A stretch of DNA of 62,199 nucleotides, counting the filler, from Sphaerodactylus townsendi (taxonomy: Eukaryota): NCBI RefSeq assembly GCF_021028975.2. It is 6 parts of 6 records of this genome, joined end to end, with 100 filler letters (N's around TTAATTAATTAA, not from the genome) between each part and the next. Parts side by side here need not be neighbours in the genome. Positions count along the whole stretch, not along the records: positions 36,588 to 41,367 come from NC_059437.1; positions 41,468 to 59,104 come from NC_059427.1; 4 more parts are not named here. One strand, written 5' to 3'. A model generated the notes under the pieces. The model was not told the origin of the DNA and made no database searches. It worked only from the letters and a program-made list of their open reading frames with translations. This document shows positions 37,548 through 49,674 of this stretch, one piece after another; position 1 is the first letter of the stretch; each line of letters begins with the position of its first letter. A program made the position numbers and the translations under genes.

Positions 37548-40500
37548 GGTTTCAAGCCCAGCTCTGGCACGGTGCAGGAGCTGAATTTCCGCAGCAACAA
37601 AAATGTCTGGGGCTATTTCAGTGTGGCAGCCGCTGGTGGTTTGCACGAGTTTGCAGATTCCCAGTTTGGACACTGTTTCTCCTGGGGAGAGAACCGCGAG
37701 GAGGCCATCTCGTCAGTATTAAGAACATTGAGCCCATTTACAAATGCTCCCGGGATGCTTGTTAGCTTTGAGGCGAGAACTATATGTATCAGTCCTTCTC
37801 CTTCTCCCCTCGGCTTCTTCCCTCACAGTCGCGCTCTAGTAAGCCGGGACCTGTCTCTGATTATGGGTGATGAATGCCCTCCCCTCGGTATTGCAGCAGT
37901 TTCTCAGTAGAATGCAGGTTGGAGCAGAAAAGCTTGTAGCATAATTGGGTTGACGTTCTAAAACAACTTGTCAGGCACCAGGTGAGGTGTTGGTTACAGT
38001 CTGTGGGGCTTTTGCCCAGCAAGGCTTCTGATTGGCCATTTGAGATTTGATCAGCTGTGTGGATTTTTATAAACCTTGTTTTGACAGCAGCCTCCTCCAC
38101 AGCGCAAGGATCTTTGGTGTGTGACTGACGGTAAGCTGTGGCAGCCATTTTGTAACTGGCTGTGCCTCCTTGGGCAGCCATTTTGTGGCTGTTCCGTGTC
38201 AGAATTTCAAAGGTGCCTTAAAAAGATTGTGGAGCCCTATAATTAGATTTCACAGGAGAGAGAATGAGATGCTGCTACTAGTTTTGTACTCTAAAACATG
38301 TAATTCCAGCCCTGAAATTTTGTGATGTTTTAGGAATGATGAAGTTTTAACTGCTCCATGCATAATTTTGAACAAATGAAGTTACCTAATTGACAAAGGC
38401 AAATTTGGGGGGTGGGGGTGGAAGGGACTGGGTGTCGCTTTTAAATCTTTCAGCACCTCCTAAATGTATTTTAATCACCTGTCTTGGTTTTTTAGGAATC
38501 TGGTAGTAGCTCTGAAGGAATTGTCAATCCGAGGGGACTTCAGAACGACCGTTGAGTACCTGATCAAACTTCTGGAGACTGAGAGTTTCCAAAATAACGA
38601 GATCGACACCAGTTGGCTGGATCACTTGATTGCAGAGAAAGTGCAGGTAGTCAGACTGCAGGAGCGCAAAGATACTTGTACAAAGCGTCAAGCTCATCTA
38701 TGTCTGTATCATTTATAATGCCTCTTGTCCCAAAGAGTTAAAGGTAGATAATAGTAGAAAACTGTGGTGTACCACTGAGCAGGTGATGGCTGTAGACTGC
38801 TAAAACCTACTGCCTCACACCATATCCTATCCCTCAACCTCCATTTATTTGCTGTAAAGCCCAAAGGTGTGGCCCGGTCTTCTTCACCCCCCTTCATTCA
38901 TCCTTGAGCCCACAGGTGGGAAACAGCTGGTAAATGCACCCATTTCAAGACAGTCTTTTCCTGAGGCTACGAGGGTTTGAATGTTGGATGCAAGTTCTGA
39001 ATTCTGGCCATGTGCATGCAGAATCCACTGTCATTTTTCTTTCTTCTGCTGTGCAGGCGGAGAAGCCAGATACCATGTTGGGGGTAGTCTGTGGTGCTCT
39101 CAACCTAGCCGATGCTTTGTTCAGGACATGTATGGATGACTTCTTGCATTCTCTTGAAAGGTACAGAGCAATCTAGAGACATGGGGTGGGATTGAATTCC
39201 TCTCTTGTTTCTGTGTACCCCCCTCCTACCCACCGAGGGCTTGGTGACTTCTGATTAATGGTGAATTATTGTAGGAATATGTTTTCTATTGTGGGCGTGT
39301 GCTGCAGTGAGCTGTGATCAAGCTAGAACAGTGGTGATGAACCTTTTTGAGGCTGAGTGCCCAAACTGCAACCCAAACCCCACTTATATATCGCAAAGCG
39401 CCAACAGGACAATTTAACCTGAATACTAAGGTTTTAATTTAGAAAAACCAGTTGGCTCCAAGGCACACATTACTTGTGAGTAAGCTTGGTGGTAGTTGGT
39501 GGCTTTGCTTTGAAGCATAAGAACATAAGAACATAAGAACAAGCCAGCTGGATCAGACCAAAGTCCATCTAGTCCAGCTCTCTGCTACTCGCAGTGGCCC
39601 ACCAGGTGCCTTTGGGAGCTCACATGTAGGATGTGAACGCAATGGCCTTCTGCGGCTGTTGCTCCCGATCACCTGGTCTGTTAAGGCATGTTAAGCAACC
39701 GTGCAACGCTTCGAATGGGTGAGTCATAACCCTAGGAGGGTTTAGAAGCAAGCCCCATTGCCAGCAATCAATCTTACTCCCAGGTAAAGGATTGCGCTTT
39801 AGTTCTTCCCATGAAAATCAGTGGGGTTTAACAGCACTTAACAGGGTTCCCTACATGTCGTGCCCAGCGGCCCAGGCCAGCCTAGATGTGGGGGGCGATT
39901 TTCCAAAAAAAACCCCCACATGACGAATTCTGTGCGCGCGTGCCCACAGAGGGCTCTGAGTGCCACCTCTGGCACCCGTGCCATAGGTTTGCCACCACAG
40001 ATCTAGAAGTCTCTGTACCACAAGCCCATATTGTACATGCATTAAACTTGCACCTTTTAAATGTGGCTAATACTACGGTCTAACAATATGTTGAATGCCT
40101 GTTTCTGAGGTCTGGGTTTCTGCTGCTGGTACTGAAACCAGATCACTTCAGATGGTAGCTGTGCCGGTCTGCCGTAGAATGGTTGGATTTGAGTCCCAGA
40201 TTTTCAGGGAATGAACTTTTCAGGAGCAAAGTTTCCTTCATCAGGGGTCAGATATATGAAGGCCTGAAGCATTTTGCGATACACTGTTTAGTATGATGAC
40301 CTGTCTCAAGTGGCGTTGAAGACCCTGATGAATGCAGCAAATTAAAAGGATTGGTTCCTCTTTCAGGGGCCAGGTCTTGCCAGCCGATTCGCTTCTGAAC
40401 ATGGTTGATGTGGAACTTGTTTACGAAGGGCTGAAATACGCTCTTAAGGTAATGTCCCAAAGGGTTGGCTCCTGGGATGGAAAATATGTTTTAGCTGGGT

Positions 40501-40776
40501 GGAGAGAAAGAGAGTACTCCCCCTCTCCCCACCTCCCACCCCCCACCCCCCACTTTTCAATAGATGGATCTAAATCTGAGCCATTTGGAGGATGCAAAAA
40601 CTGCCTTTCTCTTCTGTGGTCTTTGGACAGGTTGCCCGGCAGTCACTTACTACCTATGTGCTCATAATGAATAATACCCACATTGAGATTGATGTGCACA
40701 GGTTGAATGACGGGGGACTTCTGCTGTCCTATGATGGCAACAGTTACACCACGTACATGAAAGAAGAGGCTGACCG
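37548..40776 (+). CDS. ACACB: Acetyl-CoA carboxylase 2, five internal exons (end of biotin-carboxylase domain and BT domain)
   Basis: Exons 37548-37711, 38496-38646, 39057-39160, 40367-40448, 40631-40776 splice in frame ([16 protein letters not shown]...[13 protein letters not shown]...YTTYMKEE). Residues FQNN, AEKPD, FRTCM.DFLH, PADSLLN, VARQSLT and HRLNDGG match ACACB rather than ACACA as recalled. Confidence 0.9.
39329..40000. mobile_element. Non-autonomous hAT element with a nested CR1 3' fragment (about 39516-39690, minus)
   Basis: Termini CAGTGGTGATGAACC / GGTTTGCCACCACAG; TSD AGCTAGAA/ATCTAGAA; internal (CATAAGAA)3 tail plus CR1 3' UTR. Confidence 0.75.
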
Positions 40777-41135
40777 GTAGGCAGAGAGCCCTTTCCCTTG
40801 GTCTGTCTGTGTATCCCTTTCAGCAGTTCAGTCTGGATGTCAAACAGCAAGTGGAGTTACGTACAGCATGTGCATAAAGGGAGTTTATTATGTCTGGCTT
40901 CTTCTGTGTAGTCCTCCTTGAGTCCCACCCGGAAAGGAGGACTTTAAATGATACGATGCTCTGTTCTCTTTCCTCTGCCCTTCCGCCCATCTTGTGCCCC
41001 TGATTCCCTTGCTGGCTGATGCTTCCCTCTCTTACCCCTTTTCCAGATCTCTCCTCGGTACCCCTTTTTCCTCTTTGGTAAAACTTCCCCTTGTCCCTCT
41101 TCTCTGCTGAAACTGAGGCAACACACATTTGGTGA

Positions 41136-41367
41136 CATGATATATATATTGTGTGTATATATATTGTATATAGATAGTGTTGTGCACCGCCCAGAGCCCT
41201 TTGGGGATATATATATATTGTATATAGATAGTGTTGTGCACCACCCAGAGCCCTTTGGGGATTGGGCAGTCTATAAATTAAAAGAATGAATGAATGAATG
41301 AATGAATGAATGAATGAATGAATGAATGAATGAATGAATGAATGAATGAATGAATGAATGAATGAAT
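41136..41367. repeat. About 60-bp tandem duplication followed by a (GAAT)n microsatellite running into the scaffold end
   Basis: ATATATATTGTATATAGATAGTGTTGTGCACC.CCCAGAGCCCTTTGGGGA occurs twice; (GAAT)n spans 41284-41367. Confidence 0.85.
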
Positions 41368-41467
41368 NNNNNNNNNNNNNNNNNNNNNNNNNNNNNNNNN
41401 NNNNNNNNNNNTTAATTAATTAANNNNNNNNNNNNNNNNNNNNNNNNNNNNNNNNNNNNNNNNNNNN
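41368..41467. other. Artificial scaffold-joining linker
   Basis: 44 N + TTAATTAATTAA + 44 N. Confidence 0.97.
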
Positions 41468-43062
41468 TCATAGATCTTTGTGGACGCTTTATCTCTAATT
41501 TCTAATAATGTCTCTCTTATTCCCACTGGCCATGGGAAAAGGCTTACCATATAGCTCAAAAGTAGGAGGACTTAACTCCAGAGGTGGGATCCTAAACCAC
41601 TTCTCACTTCTCTCTAGAGAAGTGGTTACTAACTCTTTCTGAGTGCCGAGAAGGGGTTACTAAAACAACCTCCCTGCTTAACAGGGACTGGAGGTGTGTG
41701 TGCAAAGCACTGTTTGAATCCACCACCAATTATCGAGACCTGTTATTGAAATTTGTGGATCCCACCGCGGACTTTAGCTTCCTCTAGAGAGCAGCCAAAC
41801 GTACACACATGGGAGCTTCTTTGATAATGCCTGCAGTTTAGTTTTAATAGGCATTTTTTGGCCCATGGTCCACTTGGATGTTTTGAAGAGGCTGTAGCTT
41901 CTCACTTTCTAGCTTCATGATCTTCCTTAATGGCGCTGCTTATTGGATGCAACCATTGATTAGAAACCTCTTCCTGCCCTTGAAACAAAGTGCCAAACTC
42001 AGGGTTAGAATTTGTAGCAAAGTATCCTGCGTCATTGGAGGTTTTCAGGATCCTTTGAGGGGCATGCTTTTAGGGGACCCCACTTCTTCCATTTGGCCAT
42101 CCCCTTCTACTACTAGATGTTCCATGTATTTGACTTTTAAGTATGGGTCACATACCACTTGTATAGTCCTTAGTGAAAGTGCTTTGAGCAGCTATGAAAA
42201 GCTTGGTGTCCATTGGCAATCTTTTCTCATGAGCCCTTTCTCTTTCCATCAAAGGTCTGTATGCATGCATAACACCAAATGCATCTGGGCAATCTGGGGT
42301 GTGAAGGGGTTTACAATTCTCCCTTCAGTTTGCTGTAGGGAACATGGGCTGCCCTAGTGACACAGGAAGTTATGCCATTTGTCCAGTCTTTCAAGTCCCT
42401 CCTACCACTCTGTTTTGAGCCATCCACCTGGTGTGTGCAGGCTTCTGCATCAGAGCCAGACTCATTCATAGATGGGTCTCAGGTCTCTTCTTGTAGAAAG
42501 AACAGGGCTTCTGCAAAATCGGGGATGCACCATTCTCTGAAAGTGTCAATTTCCTCCAAACCCTAAAGTAACCTTGAAATGTTATACTTGGAGTCAATCT
42601 TGTGGTAGTCTACCATAACTCTTTCTTTGTAAGATGGCACGGCCTGTGGGGAGGGGACAAAACACAAACAGTGGTTATCTCAAGGTATTAGCTTCTTTGT
42701 CTTCTCTATGTCACAGATTAAGAAATAATCCAACTACAGAGATAAGGCGCGAAGCTGCTGCAGTAAATGGGCCATTATCAAACTCAGCACCATCCAAGAA
42801 TCCAGCCCAGAACTAAGGAACCCATAATTGCAGCTGCTGATGCTACAAACCTAAATGCCTTAGTGCTGAAATCCAATTTCCCAAACCTGCTCTTGAAATA
42901 CAATGATTTTTCTGAAGGGGAGGGAAGGAAAGGATGAAGAAAAAGGAGCTTTTAAAAAGACAAGAGACTTTCTCAGCCTAAACTCTTTGAGACTATTACA
43001 TTTCCCATCCGCTATCAATACTTTGCTATTTTAAGTCTAGTTAGAAACATGGTATCAGCTAA

Positions 43063-43104
43063 CAGCTCTTTTTTCTAGTTCTGTGGGTGGCCCTTAAAAG
43101 AGCC
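43063..43104 (-). terminator. Histone 3' stem-loop and HDE of H3
   Basis: Minus GGCTCT-TTTA-AGGGCC (43089-43104), then ACCCA and AAAAAGAGCTG. Confidence 0.93.
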
Positions 43105-43142
43105 TTTGGATTACTTTGTTGCTTGCAGCCGAGTTGAGAAAC

Positions 43143-43565
<423 letters not shown>

Positions 43566-43630
43566 TCAGGACAACACAACTCCTCCGAAGACTACAGCGG
43601 TATGCGAGCAAGTGCTTGGGGGGCAGAGAA

Positions 43631-43764
43631 TTTATAGCAAAAGCCCCCGCTCTTGATTGGCTGGGGAGGTCAGCCTATCAGTTTGAGATTTTGAATTTCC
43701 CGGGCTTGTCCAGGATTGGCCACCGCACTCACGGTCTCTTTTCCCGCCCCTTCACCGCTATTGG
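43631..43764 (-). promoter_or_regulatory. H3 promoter: TATA plus three CCAAT boxes
   Basis: Minus TATAAA at 43631-43636; ATTGG at 43656, 43715 and 43760. Confidence 0.8.
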
Positions 43765-43913
43765 ATGCCAGTTTGCATCCTCTTCCCAGGGCGCTCTGAA
43801 CTCTTGCTTTGTTCCCAAGGGCGAAAATATCCACGTTCCCTTAGAAGACCTTCCAAGAAGGGAAACCCACACATAGAAGCTTTGGAATAAGGCACTGCTT
43901 TAGCTTGTCATTT

Positions 43914-44150
43914 AGAAGAAGAGAAGAGTTTGGATTTATATCCCACCTTTCTCTCCTGTGAGACTCAAGGTGGCCTACAAGCTCCTTTCCCCACCTCTCC
44001 TGACAACCTTGTGAGGTCAGTGGGGTTGAGAGAGGTTTGAATTAACTGTGACTAGCCCAAGGTCACCCAGCAGGAATGTAGGAGTGTGCAAACACATCTG
44101 GTTCATCAGATTAGAATCCACCTGCTTTTAACCACTAAACCACACTGGCT
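43914..44150 (-). mobile_element. SINE (same family as 30649-30948), reverse orientation
   Basis: AGAAGAAGAGAAGAGTTTGGATTTATATCCC... is the reverse complement of the SINE 3' end. Confidence 0.75.
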
Positions 44151-44334
44151 TCTAAACTCAGGTGCCACGGAAGTGTGTTGGGTTTTAGAGTATCGCTCAA
44201 AATACCTCTCTGTCCTTCTCAGTGGCCTAATTTGGGGCCACTAAGCCACCTTCAGCCAGGCAGGGATGGTTGTGAGGATAAAATGGACAGATAAAACTGA
44301 CCATTCCGAGTTTCTTAGAGGAAGTACGACAAGA

Positions 44335-44508
44335 TAGCCATGTTTAAATATTTGAAGGGATGTCATGTTGAAGATGAAGCAAGGTTGTTCTCGGTTGCTC
44401 CTGAGTCTAGGACAGGGAGAAATGGGTTCAAAGTACAGGAAAAGAGATCCCACCTAAACATCAGGAAGAACTCCATGACAGTAAGGACTGTTCAACAGTG
44501 GAATAGAA
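44335..44508 (+). mobile_element. CR1 LINE ORF2 C-terminal fragment
   Basis: Translates FKYLKGCHVEDEARLFSVAPESRTGRNGFKVQEKR..LNIRKN, typical of the CR1 ORF2 tail. Confidence 0.75.
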
Positions 44509-45505
44509 GCTGGATGATCATTGGGAGTGCTTTGATTGGGGGTTGGCCCTTGTGGTTGGACTCAATGAAGCAAGCATACGATTAGGATACAGCAAGCTTC
44601 AGAAGGTAGCCCTGTTGCAGTAGAGCAGTTTAGAATCCAGTAGCATAAGCAGTGGAGGCTGAATAGCCCACGGTAGCTTGACCTCACCAGATCTTTGGAA
44701 GCTGAACAGGGTTAGAACTTGAGTGGGAGACCATCAAGGAAGGCCAGGGTCAGAAGGCAGGATGCAGAACCTATAATAGAAAGCCCACCTCTGAACATCT
44801 CTTGCCTTGAAAACTGGGAGAGGAAGGGACAGGAAAGAATCACCTGTAACTTGAACAAAAAACCCACAAAATACACTGGAATGGAGACCTGTAATCTAGT
44901 AAAATGCAATATATGGAAAATGATTTGTGAGTGAGAGGCAATTATTTCAACCTATACTACTTCACAGAGTTGTTGTGAGGATCAAATGCAAGAGAGATGA
45001 ATGACATAAAATCGTGCTACCATTGGGGAGAAAGACACGATATAAGTGACTTGAATAAATCAGTAAATCCTTACAGCGGCCAACTGAGGATTCCCTGCCC
45101 CTATGCTACATCCTAGCACTAGTTGGCAGGTTTACCATCTGTAGATATGTAAATTACAGAAACATGTATATATGCAAGTTTTCAGTCACCCTGGCTAGCA
45201 ATCCCAATCCATCCAACACTCTTTGACAGAATAATCAGTACACATAGTACCTACTCTGAACCAAACTGCCTCCCAGGATATGAATTTTAGATTTCAAGAG
45301 GATAACTTTGCTGAGGACCACCCCTGCAAAAAGGGCCTTCGCTGGAAGTATTTTCTTCAGCTTCACACCTCCATCTACAACAGCAAATTGTTTTTAGGAC
45401 AGGAAGCTGTAGAAAAGGGCAGGGGGAGAAAGAGATATCTGGTAGAATGCTTGCCTGGAAAGTACCAGCAGCGACAAACCGAAAAGTGCTATTTACATAG
45501 ACTCG

Positions 45506-45546
45506 CAGCTCTTTATGTGAAATTGTAGGTGGCTCTGAAAAGAGCC
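45506..45546 (-). terminator. Histone 3' stem-loop and HDE of H2A
   Basis: Minus GGCTCT-TTTC-AGAGCC (45531-45546), then AAAGAGCTG. Confidence 0.93.
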
Positions 45547-45612
45547 TTTAGGTTTAAAATAGACGAGCCCCTTTTATCCTCGGCGCTGGCTGCGGCGGCG
45601 GCGGCGGCTCGC

Positions 45613-46352
<740 letters not shown>

Positions 46353-46405
46353 CTGGCCAGGCTGAATTGTGCCGCACTTGCGTTTTGTAACCGGAGGCGA
46401 ATTGA

Positions 46406-46678
<273 letters not shown>

Positions 46679-46867
46679 NNNNNNNNNNNNNNNNNNNNNN
46701 NNNNNNNNNNNNNNNNNNNNNNNNNNNNNNNNNNNNNNNNNNNNNNNNNNNNNNNNNNNNNNNNNNNNNNNNNNNNNNNNNNNNNNNNNNNNNNNNNNNN
46801 NNNNNNNNNNNNNNNNNNNNNNNNNNNNNNNNNNNNNNNNTTCGCAAGGAGATCGAGAACCACAAAA

Positions 46868-46908
46868 GGCTCTTTTAAGAGCCACCCACCCTTTCCTGAA
46901 AAAAGCTG
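46868..46908 (+). terminator. Histone 3' stem-loop and HDE of H2B
   Basis: GGCTCT-TTTA-AGAGCC (46868-46883), ACCCA, then AAAAAAGCTG. Confidence 0.92.
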
Positions 46909-49674
46909 CAAGGACTGTATTCTGCCTCATCCATTAAGTTACAGTGCTTACCTGGCGGAAGTTATCAAAACAACTTTTCTTTTCGTTTTTAAGAAGCTTT
47001 TCAGAATACAGCGTTTAACGTTTCATGTGTTTTCAGGTTGGGGTCTCGTCCTCCCCACACTCCTAAGATAGGCTTTTCTTCACCATAAAGCAGTTTTTTT
47101 ATTTAATTGATATAGTGTGGCTTTAATTGCAATAAAAATATTCTTGATTTTAGTCTGTTAAAAATATGTTCCCTTCTCCCAAATCTAAGCTGATAGCTGG
47201 GAAAAGTAGGGATGAAGAGGGGGGTGGGGGGAATGAGACTGAAAAGTCCTAAACTTGTGTCATTCTCTCTGCTATGTTAAGCAACACAGCATAGTAGAGG
47301 TTTTTAAAAAAACCAAGGCGATGTACTTGTTGCTTATTCCTGTGCTTATGTACCCTGGGAGCACATTTTGTGAAAAAGCTCATATTTTGTTACAAACGTA
47401 GCATAAATTGAAACAAGGAACAATGTAACGTACTTTATTCTCTACTATTGGATTGCTAGTATCCTGGGTATATTTTGCTGCAGTTAAAAGCACATGATCT
47501 CTTAGGGTTCCTGAGAACATTTGTAACATTGGTGATTTTGCACAGCACATTTATAACGAGCTGTGGTCATTATAAATGAACCCACTTTCCTTTCTTCTGT
47601 TTGTATGTGTGCCCTTCACATGTTCAGGAAGCAATTTGAGTCCAGGGAAACAATGCGGGGTGCTTTCGTGCCTTCCCATGGCTGAGAAGGCATCCAGAAA
47701 TGCCCCCTAATCCAATTGGCTGCACCTGCAGAGCTTCATCTATCCAACACACAATTAAAAAAATAAATAAAAAGGCACTGTCTTGCATTGGCCAAACAAT
47801 AAGGAATGTGTCACTGAAGATCTATGAATGTAATGGCGGTCATACTCACCGCTATGGGGAGAAAACTTGCTTGGGGGACAAGGGCAGGTGGGCAGCAGCA
47901 GTCGAAAGGAGAGTGGAAGGGAGGGGGGAATTGGCTGGCAGCCGGGAGAAATGAAAGATCTCTTGCCGTGTTGTGTGAAGGAGCGCCTTCAACCTGGGAT
48001 TTTGCAAAAATATTGCTGGTTTAGCAATTTTTGAAAAACCTGGGTTGAGAGGAATATAATGGGCTCATGTTATTTGGGGGGAGAGACCTGTGTGAAGTTC
48101 TTCCCCCAAATGGTGTCTATAACATCCTAAGGATGTTCTATTTGTGCTGTGCAGAATCCCTCAGAGTGAAGAGGAAAGAACTTGGGGGGGGGGAGGGGGA
48201 GGGAAGACGTTTGTGGTGGGAGGCGTATTAAGGTTTTGAATGAGAACTGATAGAAAGGGTTGGAAGTCCCAGATATTTTTGTGTTCAATGGCAGAATTCT
48301 GAGAGGAGATATTGTGCTTCACATGTTTACCCGGACTTTTAACTTAATCTGGAAGTTATGCCTTGAGTCCCAGATGGGAATTTAATCCTGGATATAAAAC
48401 CCTGTTCTACATAGCTTGGAAGCTGAGTGAGATACTGAAAACAGGTGTGGGGTTAGTGTCAAGACTCTAGAAATGAGCACAATTCAAATTGAATTCTCCA
48501 TGTTTGAACTATTAGAATATTATTATTGCATCATATCTGGTTCTTCTAAGTATCTACAGTCTATCTTATTTTATTCTCAAAATACCCCAGTGAGATAGAC
48601 TTGGTTGATAAGTTACCAAATCCCACTCACCAGGTTTTGGCATTGAACAGGGACTTACAGCTCTGTCTTGTCAAAATCAAGATAAACAGTTTTCCTAGTT
48701 AAGATATTGGTTTAGCTACATTTGCAAATAGTACTTTTGTTATAAAACAGCTTGAATCTGTGGGAAACCGACCAAGAGAGGGAGGGAAAAGACCAGGCAG
48801 TTTTGCAGTATTTTGCACGCTTTATTATGTAGTTGCAATCTCAAAAATGTTAATGGTTTACTTTTTAAAAGTTTTTCAACACAGCATGGCACATATAACA
48901 AACATTAACTGGGCCTTTGCACCAAGTTCAGTGGATTTAGCTGGATGGTTGGGTAGCTTCTATCTTTTCTCACTCTTCCTGAACAAGGAAATTACACCAA
49001 ACTTGGTTACTGTGAGAATAAAATTACTACATGTTGAAGAAAAGTAGAATAGAAAATAAAGCGACACAATACAGTCCAGAGCCCATTTACATTTGCAAGA
49101 GGGCCCCCACATTTTCTTTTAAAAAGTACCAGAAGTGTGTTGCATACTTAGAACGTACTCATGTTTCCAAATAGCACCCTTGGGTTTGAATAAATGACTC
49201 ATCCCATAACCTTTATGAAACAGAAGACATGATTTTGGTAGGAATCTTGAAGCCTTTGATTTTCTTTAAAAGGGTTTCTCACCCTGAATCAGGAAGAGTA
49301 AGTCAATAAAACACACAACCCCCACACATTGCAGGTCTTAGTGAAAGGGTGGTAAGCCAAACTGCTGAGGCCTGAAATCTGTCATTGACCGCAGCACCAC
49401 GGTGGCTCCCTTGGTGAGATCTTTGTTCAGTTTTTCGTCTGGAATCATGACCACCTGCATGCCGGCTGCCAGTGCTGCTTGGACTCCATTGGGAGCATCT
49501 TCAAATACAAGACACTTTTCTGGCAGGGGCGGCGGGTTAAATCTCCGGGCGCAGACTAAAAAGAGGTCAGGCTGTGGTTTGCCCTCCTTCACTTCTGGGT
49601 CATCTCCCAAGACGATGTGATGAAACAAACTAAAGAAATCCTTGTGGCGAGTGGCTTTCAAGTCAAAGCTCTCT